Shown: positions 54,360-64,000 of the stretch, piece after piece
How positions within the stretch are numbered: the first letter of the stretch is position 1
Layout of the letters: every line of letters starts with the position of its first letter
Translations under genes and position numbers: made by a program
Source of the DNA: a virus
Taxonomy: Duplodnaviria > Heunggongvirae > Uroviricota > Caudoviricetes
IMG/VR virus record: IMGVR_UViG_3300028563_000009
DNA: 64,000 bases
Direction: 5' to 3' (one strand)
The notes under the pieces: model-generated
What the model saw: only the letters and a program-made list of their open reading frames with translations
Told to the model about the DNA's origin: nothing
The model's database searches: none

Positions 54360-55464
54360 AAAAACCCCAGAAGAAACCCACGAGATCAAAGGGGATACGT
54401 GGACAATATCTTTACCGAAAACTAGAATCCACACCCTAGAGGAACTACTTGAGTACTGCGAAGCTGACCTATCCGTTTGGGAGGTAGAGAGATTCGTTTG
54501 CAACAAGTGGGAAATGGGATTCAAGAACAAGAACGAGGAAGCGGAAGTCGTTCCTCTGTTTCAGGTTAAGGCATTTCTTAGACGGCGCAAAGATGTAGAA
54601 GCGGTAAAGAAAGAACTAGAAGCACTGAAGCATTTAGCTAAGGAGTTCCCTTGGCCCGAAGTATCGATTCCATTCAGTCCCACTCCTCAGACTGGGTTGA
54701 TGCTAGAAGTTAACGTGCCCGACCTACACTCAGGGAAGCTAAGCTGGGGAGTGGAAACCGGTGGGCCTAACTACGATGTGAAGATAGCGGAGGAAACTTT
54801 CAACCGGGCGTTGGAAACTCTCCTTCAACGAACATCGATGTATCGTTTTGATTACATTGTGTTTGTGATCGGGAACGACCTTCTCAACTCGGATGACATT
54901 GAGGGGCGAACCACAGCCGGGACGTACGTTAGTACCGACGCTAGGTACCACAAGACTTTCGCAGCTACCCGCACCATGATTATCAAAGCGGTTCAAAGAC
55001 TTCTCCAAGTAGCTCCGGTGAAAGTAATTCCAGTTTACGGAAACCACGACAGGCTGTCGTCTTGGCACTTGGCCGATAGCGTGGAAATGTTCTTCACCAA
55101 CGATAGTCGTGTTACTATAGACAACAGACCGAGAACCAGAAAGTACCACCAGCACGGCAAAGTTATGCTGATGCTAACCCACGGTGACAAGGGCAAGAAG
55201 ACAGACTACCCTCTAGTCATGGCGGCGGAAGAACCGGAAATGTTCGGGAAGACCTTGCATAGAGAGTGCCATACGGGACACACTCACATGACCAAGCTTG
55301 ACGAGCAGCATGGTATTCGTGTTAGAGTATTACCAGCTTTGTGTCCTGCGGACGATTGGCACTCCGCCAACTTCTTCGTGGGGAACAAGCGAAGCGCGGA
55401 AGCGTACATATGGGATCATGAGGAAGGGCTAATCTCGGTGGTGTTCCATACGGAGAAAGAATGA
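54334..55464 (+). CDS. metallophosphoesterase with N-terminal extension (376 aa)
   Basis: IGNDLL, GNHD, THGDKG, GHTH. Confidence 0.65.
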   Translation: MKTNDILTKKTPEETHEIKGDTWTISLPKTRIHTLEELLEYCEADLSVWEVERFVCNKWEMGFKNKNEEAEVVPLFQVKAFLRRRKDVEAVKKELEALKHLAKEFPWPEVSIPFSPTPQTGLMLEVNVPDLHSGKLSWGVETGGPNYDVKIAEETFNRALETLLQRTSMYRFDYIVFVIGNDLLNSDDIEGRTTAGTYVSTDARYHKTFAATRTMIIKAVQRLLQVAPVKVIPVYGNHDRLSSWHLADSVEMFFTNDSRVTIDNRPRTRKYHQHGKVMLMLTHGDKGKKTDYPLVMAAEEPEMFGKTLHRECHTGHTHMTKLDEQHGIRVRVLPALCPADDWHSANFFVGNKRSAEAYIWDHEEGLISVVFHTEKE

Positions 55465-55991
55465 CAGAGTGCTGGCTAATTTCGGACAACCATTTTCACC
55501 ACGCGAATATCCTTACCTTTCTGGATTATGAAGGGAAGGTAATGCGTTCGTTCGCGGACGTGAATCACATGAACGACTACATGGTAGATCGCTGGAACTC
55601 GGTTGTAAAACCGGGCGATAAGGTGTACCATCTAGGAGACGTGGTTATGGGGGACAGCGCGGAGAGGATGCAGATTATCGGGAGGCTTAACGGTACCAAG
55701 ACTCTGATCTTGGGGAACCACGATACGCCGAACATGAACAGGTATCGAGGATACTTCCAGCGGGTGTACTCTAGCCGTATGCTAGACAAGCTTCTGCTTA
55801 GTCACATTCCGGTTCACCCTATGAGTCTGGGAAAGGCTAGGGCCAACGTCTTCGGCCACGTCCACAACAACATCACTCCCGGACAATACGGCCCCCAGTA
55901 CTACAACATCAGCGCAGAGGTTATCAACTACACTCCTATCAACTTAACCGAGTTAAACCAAAGAATCGACAAGCAGTTGGAGGCAAAATGA
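55461..55991 (+). CDS. metallophosphoesterase (176 aa)
   Basis: ISDNHFHH, HLGDVV, GNHD, GHVH. Confidence 0.65.
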   Translation: MTECWLISDNHFHHANILTFLDYEGKVMRSFADVNHMNDYMVDRWNSVVKPGDKVYHLGDVVMGDSAERMQIIGRLNGTKTLILGNHDTPNMNRYRGYFQRVYSSRMLDKLLLSHIPVHPMSLGKARANVFGHVHNNITPGQYGPQYYNISAEVINYTPINLTELNQRIDKQLEAK

Positions 55992-56299
55992 GTCCGAACT
56001 TTTTTTATGTTTATAAAGTAACGTACGTCAGACCCGGACATGCCGGATATGTTCCCGCTTCGGGGTGGACTGTACACGTCTTAGCCGAGAGTGTAGAGGA
56101 GGCTATCGAAGCGGCAGAACAGTATCTCGCCTGCCTTGGAACAAACGACGAAGGTCCGGGAAATTTGATATACGAAATACTTTCCGTGCAGAGGCTATTT
56201 GAAGTGTTTTGTGGGTTAGATGCCGCGCAAATAGGAGAGTTAGAATCGACGGTAGAAGACGATCTTAGGCCGTCTACGAGGGAGACACTACGGGGGTAG
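55988..56299 (+). CDS. hypothetical protein (103 aa)
   Basis: ATGA coupling. Confidence 0.45.
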   Translation: MSPNFFYVYKVTYVRPGHAGYVPASGWTVHVLAESVEEAIEAAEQYLACLGTNDEGPGNLIYEILSVQRLFEVFCGLDAAQIGELESTVEDDLRPSTRETLRG

Positions 56300-56300
56300 C

Positions 56301-56525
56301 ATGGGAGTAGACATGATTAACAGGCCACCGCACTACGCGAGACTGGACCCCGAGCCTATAGACGTTATAGAAGCTTGGGGGCTAGGGTACCATCTGGCTA
56401 CTGCGGTAAAGTATATTAGCCGAGCGGGGCATAAGGAAGATGAAATACAAGACTTAGAAAAAGCAGTATGGTTCTTGAACCGGAAAATCCAACAACTAAA
56501 AAATGAAAAAGAAAACGGTATCTGA
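56301..56525 (+). CDS. hypothetical protein (74 aa)
   Basis: ORF. Confidence 0.45.
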   Translation: MGVDMINRPPHYARLDPEPIDVIEAWGLGYHLATAVKYISRAGHKEDEIQDLEKAVWFLNRKIQQLKNEKENGI

Positions 56526-56889
56526 AACCGCACAAGAAATTATCGAGTACTGGCAACCTATACTCCGTCTCCAGAACTGGAAAATCACAGTAACAGTAGT
56601 AGAAGATGTTAAAGACATTCGGTGCTTTGCGACCAATACGCAAGACCCCCATTACGAAATCTCTTCTATATCTGTTCTCAACCCAGAAAAAATCCCTCCC
56701 GAATGGAAGGGATGCAAAGATTTGGAAGTCACAATTGTGCATGAGCTTATGCACACGCGCCTTATTTATGTGGCACCTAGACCTAAGAAGAACAAAAGAA
56801 AAAGCTGGCAATTAGAAATGGCCGTCGAGACCATCGCTAAAGCATTAGTAGCCAGCAGACGGGGCGTAGACCCAGAGGATATTAAGTGA
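56503..56889 (+). CDS. HExxH zinc-metallopeptidase-like protein (128 aa)
   Basis: TIVHELMHTRL. Confidence 0.45.
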   Translation: MKKKTVSETAQEIIEYWQPILRLQNWKITVTVVEDVKDIRCFATNTQDPHYEISSISVLNPEKIPPEWKGCKDLEVTIVHELMHTRLIYVAPRPKKNKRKSWQLEMAVETIAKALVASRRGVDPEDIK

Positions 56890-58745
56890 AAGAATGGAGC
56901 AACCTTGCCAAGGTCGTTTACCGTAGAACCTATAGCCGCAAGGATGAGGGTAATCTAGAGAATTGGGATCAAACAATCGAGCGAGTCATCGCTGGGAACG
57001 TGAAGGGAAAGAATGTACCTGAGTCGGAAGTTAAGGAACTTCTTAGGCTAGCTAAGGAGAGGAAAGCTGGTCCTGCCGGTAGAGGATACTGGTTCTCCGG
57101 CGCACCCAGCCACTCCAAAATCGGAGGCGCTGCCCTCAACAACTGCTGGTTCTTAACAGCCGAAGAGTGGCATAGCTTCGTTATCGCGCAAGACCTTCTT
57201 ATGCTGGGAGGGGGCGTAGGACTGAGCGTCGAGCACCGCTTTACCAGCAAGTTGCCTAAAGTGAAGAAGGATGTTATCATTGTTCACAAAGGCACCAACG
57301 ACGCAGATTACATTGTACCGGATAGCAGGGAAGGATGGTGCGAACTTACCTACAGATGTTTGGAGAGTTACTTCGTTACCGGCAAAAGCTTTAGCTACTC
57401 GACGGTCTGTCTTCGCGGGTCCGGAGAACCAATCGTGGGATTCGGAGGAGTCTCTAGTGGGCCGATTCCTCTTATCGACTTCGTAAAGAATATATCTTCG
57501 ATCTTGACAAACCGTTCTGGACGTAGTATAAGACCTATAGATGCGGCGGATATCCTTACCGCGATTGGGCAGATGGTTGTAAGCGGAAACGTCCGTAGAT
57601 CGGCTATCATCATCCTCGGCGATTGCTGGGATAAAGAGTACCTGAAAGCGAAGCGTTGGGACTTGGGGCAGATACCCTCCCATCGTAGCAAGGCGAACTA
57701 CTCAGTGGTGTGCGATGATGTAGAAGACCTACATCCTTTATTTTGGAAGACTTACGAGCAGGGAGAACCATTTGGGATTGTTAACCGAACCAATATTCAA
57801 CGGTACGGAAGAATGGGGGAACTTAAACCCGACGCCGCTATCGGCGTTAACCCTTGTGCTGAAGCAACCCTCGAACACGGGGAACCGTGTAACCTTACAG
57901 AGACGGCATTGTGTAATATTGAAGATGAGCGGGAACTGCTATCGGTGGTTCGATATATGCAGCGATACGCCAAACGAGTTACTTTAGAGAAATACCATCA
58001 CAAGGTATCAGATGAGGTTATCAAAAGGAATAGAAGAACGGGTAACGGTATTACGGGCTGCTTGGCGAGTCCGCTATTTGTTCCGGAAATTCTTGATCGT
58101 GCGTATAATGCGATACAGGACGAAGACGAGAAGTACTCCAAAGAGCTTGGCGTACCGCGCAGCAAGCGCACTACTGTGGTTAAGCCGTCTGGGACAATAA
58201 GCAAGGTAATGGACTGCATGGGGTACGAGGGCATACACGCGGCATTCTCTAGGTACATGGTACAGAGAGTCCGGTTCGCTTCGAATGACCCTTTGCTGCC
58301 TAAGCTAAAAGCAGCGGGGCACTACATGGAACCCCAGAATGATTTTGGGGTTGTTGATCCGGGGACAATGGTGGTAGACTTTTACCAGCAGGCACCAGAA
58401 GGTTTTCCAGTTGCGGACGAGGACTGGACAACTTGGAAGCAATTGGATATACTGAAAATGGCTCAGAAACATTGGGCAGACCAAGCGGTGTCGGTTACTG
58501 TGTACTACAAAAGAGAGGATATCCCACAGCTAAAAATCTGGGTCTCGGAGAATCTTCAGTACTTGAAAAGCATTAGCTTTTTATGCCATAACGACCACGG
58601 GTTTAAGCAGGCCCCCAAGGAAGCAATTACGAGGGAGCGGTACGAGAAACTTTCAAGCAAGATTAAACCAATTGAGTTTGACGATATCGGAGAAGGTGAT
58701 ATGATCCAAGAAGAGTGCGAAGGGGGAGCATGTCCGGTAAGATAA
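56886..58745 (+). CDS. ribonucleotide reductase, monomeric class II-like (619 aa, GTG)
   Basis: Active-site NPCAEATLEHGEPCNL; C-terminal redox pair CEGGAC; no ATP cone, no small subunit nearby. Confidence 0.65.
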   Translation: MKEWSNLAKVVYRRTYSRKDEGNLENWDQTIERVIAGNVKGKNVPESEVKELLRLAKERKAGPAGRGYWFSGAPSHSKIGGAALNNCWFLTAEEWHSFVIAQDLLMLGGGVGLSVEHRFTSKLPKVKKDVIIVHKGTNDADYIVPDSREGWCELTYRCLESYFVTGKSFSYSTVCLRGSGEPIVGFGGVSSGPIPLIDFVKNISSILTNRSGRSIRPIDAADILTAIGQMVVSGNVRRSAIIILGDCWDKEYLKAKRWDLGQIPSHRSKANYSVVCDDVEDLHPLFWKTYEQGEPFGIVNRTNIQRYGRMGELKPDAAIGVNPCAEATLEHGEPCNLTETALCNIEDERELLSVVRYMQRYAKRVTLEKYHHKVSDEVIKRNRRTGNGITGCLASPLFVPEILDRAYNAIQDEDEKYSKELGVPRSKRTTVVKPSGTISKVMDCMGYEGIHAAFSRYMVQRVRFASNDPLLPKLKAAGHYMEPQNDFGVVDPGTMVVDFYQQAPEGFPVADEDWTTWKQLDILKMAQKHWADQAVSVTVYYKREDIPQLKIWVSENLQYLKSISFLCHNDHGFKQAPKEAITRERYEKLSSKIKPIEFDDIGEGDMIQEECEGGACPVR

Positions 58746-59974
58746 AAACAAGTTCTGTCCCTTCCTTGCGGAATTGGATAGAACAACTAGAAGAAGAAAT
58801 GGAAAAGGAGAGCATGGCTTACACATTAGGATTGGCGAAAGCGAAAAAGAAGATGGATATCTTAGCAGAACAACCCGAGAAGCAGCCCGGTGTCGGCTTT
58901 GGCTTGAAGACGTATTTTCTCAAGCAGGGTAACACCTTTACCGTTAGCTCCGAGGGCGCGTTAGACCTTCACGAAAAGCTTCCTGTTGGGAACTATGTTG
59001 TTAAAGTCAGCATGGATAGAGGATTTTATCTAGAGAAGACGGAGAACTTTTCTATTCCCAGCAAGATTTACGGGGACACGCCCAAAACGGCAGAGCGTAT
59101 TCTCAACACGTTCCACGAGCGCAATACCTCTACCGGCGTTCTTCTGTGCGGACAGATGGGTAGTGGCAAGACCCTTCTGGCTAAGTTGATTGGCGCAGAG
59201 GGAGCGAGTCTCGGTATTCCTACCCTTATCGTTAACAGCCCTTTCTGCGGGGATGCTTTCAACAGCTTTATCGCCACCATCACCCAACCAGTGATCGTGT
59301 TCTTTGACGAGTTCGAGAAGGTGTACGACGAGGAGCACCAGCAAGCCTTGCTCACCCTGTTTGACGGCGTGTTTGGTAACAAGAAATTGTTCCTTACCAC
59401 GTCCAACAACAAGTGGAAGATCGACGTTCACATGAAGAACCGCCCCGGAAGATTTTTCTATTTCTTGGAATTCTTTGGTCTGGACTACGACTTCATCCGT
59501 GAGTACTGCGAACTGAATCTGCTAGACCAGAAGTACACGGAGCAGGTGTGCGTGCTGTCTACTCTGTACGAGGACTTCAACTTCGACATGCTTCAAGCAT
59601 TGGTCGAGGAAGTCAATCGGTACGACGAGTCTCCGCGTCAGGCAGTGAAGTTCCTTAACGTCAAGCCCACCAACACCGTTCAGGGTAAGTACACTGTTAC
59701 CTTCTTGAACAGCGGACAGGAGTTCAAGGACGAGAACCTGTATACGTCAACTTGGGGTGGTAGCCCATTGACCCAACAAATCGAAATCACGTACGCAGTC
59801 GGCAAAGACGAGGACGGGGATATCGAGTGGGAACAGGCGGAGTTCACTCCGGATAACGTCAAGTTTCTTGATGTTCGGAACGGCATCATCAAGTTCAAGA
59901 ACAGCAAGAACCAAGAGCTAACCCTAACCAGAAAAGCAGACACCAAAGAGTTTGACTACGAGAAGTATCTGTGA
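58730..59974 (+). CDS. P-loop ATPase, AAA-like (415 aa)
   Basis: Walker A GQMGSGKT, Walker [15 protein letters not shown]. Confidence 0.6.
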   Translation: MSGKIKTSSVPSLRNWIEQLEEEMEKESMAYTLGLAKAKKKMDILAEQPEKQPGVGFGLKTYFLKQGNTFTVSSEGALDLHEKLPVGNYVVKVSMDRGFYLEKTENFSIPSKIYGDTPKTAERILNTFHERNTSTGVLLCGQMGSGKTLLAKLIGAEGASLGIPTLIVNSPFCGDAFNSFIATITQPVIVFFDEFEKVYDEEHQQALLTLFDGVFGNKKLFLTTSNNKWKIDVHMKNRPGRFFYFLEFFGLDYDFIREYCELNLLDQKYTEQVCVLSTLYEDFNFDMLQALVEEVNRYDESPRQAVKFLNVKPTNTVQGKYTVTFLNSGQEFKDENLYTSTWGGSPLTQQIEITYAVGKDEDGDIEWEQAEFTPDNVKFLDVRNGIIKFKNSKNQELTLTRKADTKEFDYEKYL

Positions 59975-60942
59975 GTATTTCTGATTCAGTAGCTCAAATA
60001 GAAAAGCAATTTGGGAAAGGCTCCGTTATGCAGTTAGGTGCTAAAGGGGCCTTAATTCCCGTTGACAGCATATCGACTGGGTGCTTAAGCTTAGACTCAG
60101 CGTTAGGCATTGGCGGTCTCCCGAAGGGGAGAATAATCGAGGTGTTCGGTCCGGAGTCTTCGGGCAAGACAACTCTATCTTTACAGGTAATTGCAGAGGC
60201 TCAGAAGCTAGGAGGAGGGGCCGCTTTCGTTGACGCGGAGCACGCTCTCGATCCTATCTACGCCAAAAGACTTGGTGTGGATACTGACAGCTTATGGGTA
60301 TCCCAGCCGGATTCCGGAGAACAAGCACTGGAGATTACAGAGGCTTTGATTCGCTCTGGAGAGATCGCAGTGCTGGTTGTGGACTCTGTGGCTGCGCTCG
60401 TGCCTAAGGCAGAGCTAGAAGGCGATATGGGAGACTCCCACATGGCCCTACAAGCTAGGCTGATGGCTCAGGCGTTGCGTAAGCTGAACAGCACCGTATC
60501 CAAGACTAAGACTGTTCTTATCTTCATTAACCAGTTAAGAGATAGTATGTCGAAGTACGGGCCGTCTGAAACCACCACGGGAGGAAAGGCTCTCAAGTTC
60601 TATGCCTCGGTCAGAATCGATATCCGTCGCATCGCGTATATCAAAGATTCTAAAGAGGATAACATCGGTTCTCGCACTGTAGCGAAGATCGTAAAAAACA
60701 AACTGGCCGCACCTTTCAAGAAGGCTGAGTTCGATATCATGTACGGAGAGGGTATCAGTCGAGAAGGTGACAGCTTAGACCTCGCAGCCGCAGCAGGGAT
60801 CGTGGAAAAATCCGGAAGCTGGTATAGCTACGGAGGGGAAAGACTGGGGCAAGGAAGAGAGAAGGCAAAAGAATTTCTCAAAGAGAACCCAAAGATTCTA
60901 CAGAAGATAGAAGAAGAGATCAAAACAAAACCCCCGGTTTAG
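59971..60942 (+). CDS. recA: RecA recombinase (323 aa, GTG)
   Basis: [21 protein letters not shown], full-length similarity. Confidence 0.85.
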   Translation: MSISDSVAQIEKQFGKGSVMQLGAKGALIPVDSISTGCLSLDSALGIGGLPKGRIIEVFGPESSGKTTLSLQVIAEAQKLGGGAAFVDAEHALDPIYAKRLGVDTDSLWVSQPDSGEQALEITEALIRSGEIAVLVVDSVAALVPKAELEGDMGDSHMALQARLMAQALRKLNSTVSKTKTVLIFINQLRDSMSKYGPSETTTGGKALKFYASVRIDIRRIAYIKDSKEDNIGSRTVAKIVKNKLAAPFKKAEFDIMYGEGISREGDSLDLAAAAGIVEKSGSWYSYGGERLGQGREKAKEFLKENPKILQKIEEEIKTKPPV

Positions 60943-60957
60943 GCCGGGGGTTCTTTA
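60931..60957. terminator. bidirectional rho-independent terminator between convergent genes
   Basis: CCCCCGG-tttag-GCCGGGGG with A/T runs both sides. Confidence 0.7.
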
Positions 60958-63900
60958 TTCTTCGGATTCAATTACCGGAGCTATTCGTTGCGCTCGTTTG
61001 AAGATCGGGTCCTCTGCTCTTTCGGCAGGGGTGAAATCCTTACGAGCTTTCTTAAGATAGCTCTTTGCTTTTTTGGTGATTAGTTTCTCCAGCACTTGCT
61101 TCTCTGAAGGGTTAGCAGTATCCCATACGGTCAACGCCCCACCGAAGTCGAGGCGGCTAACACGGGAATACAATCTAGCCGTTTCTGGGTCTTCCCCGGC
61201 AGTCTCCTTGACGTTCTTGATGATCGCCTTGGCGTCCGCTTCCGGAAGATTACCTTGGTCTACCATCTGGGACAAATCTGCCGTTCTCAAGTTCCCTTGA
61301 CGCATCTGATCCTCTAACTGGAGAATCAAACGGTGATGGGAGATTTGAGCCTGATTGATAGGACCCCCCTCGCTGCGCTCTGAAGCCAGTTTGGCGGCTT
61401 CCTTTTGCGCCGGGGTACGGAACACCTGTGCTGTTAAGCCTCCCGCCTTAGCCAACTGCGGACCCAAACCAACGTCCGAAGCCGTGGCCAAGTGACTGAT
61501 ATCCTTCAGACCAGACTGACCCCAGATCGGAACCAAGTTCGATACCAGATCGACGTACTTTTCGCCGTCCGATAACTTCTGGTCGTACTGGTTTCTGCCG
61601 GTACGAATCTCTTCCTCTGTACGGAGGAAGGGACTCATACGCCCGTTAAGAAAGCCCATAGGGTCGGTAGCCATGTGTAGAATATCTGTCGGCATAGTAC
61701 GGACAGAGAACTCTACCTCGCGCCCGTCCTTGTCTTTGGTAGCCAATCCGAATGGGGTTTCGTAGTGGGCATTTCCTGAGTACAACTGGTTCAGAAGGCG
61801 CATAGATACCCACAGCGCAGCCGCAGTACCGGCTACTTGTTCTCTAGAGAAGTTTCGACCATGTTCCGGTTCGTACTTTGCCGGACCTATGCCTGCTCCC
61901 TTGAACAACCCGGCAGCGAATCTCATTTCAGATTCCAGCCAGTCCGGAGCTAGCGCGATCAAATGGAACCAGTCCTGCGTGGCCGCAGACCTTCCCATTT
62001 CTCTCCAGTTCTGACCACCGAAGGCATTGTTGACATGCGTAGCTGCGGCATGAGCAACAGCGTCATCGGACCATTCCGGGTGAGCCGAAGCGTACTTATC
62101 AAACATTTTCCGGAATCCGGAAGCTTTGTAGGAAGGGATGAGACGATTGAATAACAGATCGTGAATCTGATCCGAGTATCTTAGGTAATGCCCTACCACA
62201 GGAACCTTATCCAATGCCCCTCTGAAGGCCCCTCCGTGGCTGGCAACCCCTACAGCATAGTCTTCTGCCTCGAACCGGTTAGAGAACAGCGTGAGGCCGT
62301 TATTGACCCCCAGCCGCATTAGAGGGAGGTCGCCTTTCACTGTCTTGTAAGTAGCGTTTAGGTCCTCGATTGGGTTAGGGCGAACAAACGGATTCGTCCA
62401 TAACATAGCCGCTCTAAGAACTTCCTGCATAACGTGGAAGGGAGAACCGCTTAAAATGGCAGACTTCGCCTCTGCCCCTACCTTGAGTAGAGGAGCCGTG
62501 ATTTTTCCTAGCCCTTCCGGCTTACGCAGCCAAGAAGGTTCTAACCCTAACCGATTGACTAAGTACCTATAGTAGTAACGAGATACAGCCATATCGGATT
62601 CGGCTAACGTGGGGGTTCCGTCCGAAGCGGTGGCCATCCATTTGTACTTCGAGAAAGAAGGATGGTCGATGGTGATGTGCTGCTTCGGTGCCCACAAGTA
62701 TTGCTTCTGCTGTCTGGCGTTAATCTCCTTAAGATGATCGACAGCTTCCGCCCGGTTCTGTTCAACTGTCTGAGGGCTAATCGGAGGACGGGTTTTTACT
62801 TCCTTCCAAGGATACACTCCAGACTGTTCAGAACTAAGCACGTTGTCAACCCACTTCAAATCCAGAAGGTCTTGATGAAGTTGTTTGTAGTGCGGGTTTT
62901 CGGCCACATGCGCGATATGGTACAACGCACTGTTAGTTCCTTTTAGGTCCCAGTTAGTTCCCAACTTACCGTGAACATCGTTCAGGTATTTGGTCAACTC
63001 TGGGTCTAGGTGATCCTTCTCTTGTAAAAGAAGTCTCGCAACCTCATGTGGACGGATGGGGGAATCCTTGTAGGAACTTTTCCCATCGGCGTAATCTCTA
63101 TTGCGCTCCGAGTACTCCTCAAGTCTTTGGATATCCGCAGGAGAAATCTTACGGCCCGACCCTCCGTGGAGAACACTATCCAAGTACTTAGCCATCGACA
63201 AGTCCTTAGGCTTGTCGGCGGGGTCCCAAGGAGCGTAGTTCTTCCCGTCTATGGTGTCGCCTTTAGTGATTTGAGCAATGGTAGAATCTAGATAATCTGC
63301 GATCTTTCCCGCTTGCTCTCTGGCGAATAGCTGTAGCTGGCCCCATCCGGCTTCGTGGTCTCTGAGATTATCTCTCGAATCCACTAGCAAAGGATTCTTC
63401 TTTTCTAGAAGCCCTATCTTGGTCTGGGTGTCCTTTATCCACTCCTTGACGTTATCAATACTAACCTGAGGAGTTTGGTCTACGACCTTACCCGCCTTAA
63501 TGTACGAATCCAGAAGTTTAGAATCGGTTAGATTCTTCACGTCCGCTTCGCTCATCATTATGTTACGGACAGCATTGGGGTTAACGAGTAGGCTACTCTT
63601 GGTTTTGTCCACGCCGGGAACAACATTACCACGACCCATAAAGGTCACGACAGGCATACCCTCAGGGTCCTTAAGACCCGAGTCGCGTAACGCTTCAATG
63701 AAGTTTCTGTGGGCAACAGCCGTAGCTATATTAGCCGCGTCGTGGGATATGATCGACACGGGATCGTGAACCTTGAGTTGACGGCCAGCTAAGAAACCTT
63801 CGAAGGCTGTTCCCCAGCTTCTATGACGGGCCTGAGCGGCGTTGATGGAGTAGGCTCCACTCGCCGCGTGCTGCATGGTATTGTTGCCGCCTTCTTTGTC

Positions 63901-64000
63901 TCCCCAGATATGGTGGATATGGTTATCCACAATAGAGTGGATGATGTTATGGTTAGAACCTACCGCCCAGTTATCATCATCTGCGTTACGGAGAGTCTTG
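60955..64000 (-). CDS. very large hypothetical protein, N-terminus beyond window (>1014 aa)
   Basis: Open frame continues past GTG at 63930 to window edge without stop. Confidence 0.6.
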   Translation of the reverse strand, partial: KTLRNADDDNWAVGSNHNIIHSIVDNHIHHIWGDKEGGNNTMQHAASGAYSINAAQARHRSWGTAFEGFLAGRQLKVHDPVSIISHDAANIATAVAHRNFIEALRDSGLKDPEGMPVVTFMGRGNVVPGVDKTKSSLLVNPNAVRNIMMSEADVKNLTDSKLLDSYIKAGKVVDQTPQVSIDNVKEWIKDTQTKIGLLEKKNPLLVDSRDNLRDHEAGWGQLQLFAREQAGKIADYLDSTIAQITKGDTIDGKNYAPWDPADKPKDLSMAKYLDSVLHGGSGRKISPADIQRLEEYSERNRDYADGKSSYKDSPIRPHEVARLLLQEKDHLDPELTKYLNDVHGKLGTNWDLKGTNSALYHIAHVAENPHYKQLHQDLLDLKWVDNVLSSEQSGVYPWKEVKTRPPISPQTVEQNRAEAVDHLKEINARQQKQYLWAPKQHITIDHPSFSKYKWMATASDGTPTLAESDMAVSRYYYRYLVNRLGLEPSWLRKPEGLGKITAPLLKVGAEAKSAILSGSPFHVMQEVLRAAMLWTNPFVRPNPIEDLNATYKTVKGDLPLMRLGVNNGLTLFSNRFEAEDYAVGVASHGGAFRGALDKVPVVGHYLRYSDQIHDLLFNRLIPSYKASGFRKMFDKYASAHPEWSDDAVAHAAATHVNNAFGGQNWREMGRSAATQDWFHLIALAPDWLESEMRFAAGLFKGAGIGPAKYEPEHGRNFSREQVAGTAAALWVSMRLLNQLYSGNAHYETPFGLATKDKDGREVEFSVRTMPTDILHMATDPMGFLNGRMSPFLRTEEEIRTGRNQYDQKLSDGEKYVDLVSNLVPIWGQSGLKDISHLATASDVGLGPQLAKAGGLTAQVFRTPAQKEAAKLASERSEGGPINQAQISHHRLILQLEDQMRQGNLRTADLSQMVDQGNLPEADAKAIIKNVKETAGEDPETARLYSRVSRLDFGGALTVWDTANPSEKQVLEKLITKKAKSYLKKARKDFTPAERAEDPIFKRAQRIAPVIESEE

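Noticed and set aside
56886-58745. Class I (NrdA) assignment for the ribonucleotide reductase
   Set aside because: No ATP-cone N-terminus and no NrdB in the window. The NPCAE active site and CxxC tail also fit monomeric class II. Class left as likely, not certain.

Overview
This 64 kb window reads as the early/middle region of a large tailed dsDNA phage or prophage, with roughly 50% GC. It is densely packed with short ORFs, almost all on the + strand and separated by 1-10 nt or overlapping with ATGA/TAATG junctions. Exceptions are a small minus-strand cassette at the left edge (1-1400), two convergent minus genes at 13896-14504, a minus-strand GIY-YIG homing endonuclease at 22308-23055, and a >1000 aa minus-strand ORF that runs off the right edge. 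Left half (0-23 kb): many small hypothetical, membrane and Cys-rich proteins, three recurring paralog families, four sigma70-like promoters sharing a conserved upstream architecture and a 16-bp palindrome, rho-independent terminators, and three tRNAs (Lys-UUU, Met-CAU, Arg-UCU). It also carries a ParB-like protein, two HNH endonucleases and an ArfB-like GGQ peptidyl-tRNA hydrolase. Right half (23-61 kb): a replication, recombination and nucleotide-metabolism module. It contains a family A DNA polymerase with 3'-5' exonuclease, a DnaG-DnaB primase-helicase, a UvrD-like helicase, a Cas4-like PD-(D/E)xK nuclease, ERF, SSB, RecA, endonuclease VII, a class II-like ribonucleotide reductase, two AAA ATPases and three metallophosphoesterases. 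It also holds a HAD phosphatase, an LMW-PTP, a GH24 lysozyme, a tyrosine integrase, a Pol-beta nucleotidyltransferase, a MazG-like pyrophosphatase, a PurA-family enzyme (PurZ candidate), an SPFH lipoprotein, four vWA-domain proteins, a J-domain/kinase-like fusion and two tRNA-Leu genes. The most striking element is a Ro60/Rsr (TROVE+vWA) orthologue at 30018-31385 directly preceded by a ~900 bp non-coding array of five imperfect, structured repeat units (28579-29476). The conserved flanks of these units co-vary to form a closing helix, and two units carry tRNA-like modules (T-arm, acceptor-like hairpin, D-arm) in permuted order. I interpret this as a phage Ro60 plus Y-RNA-like (YrlA-type) RNP locus with an expanded RNA array.
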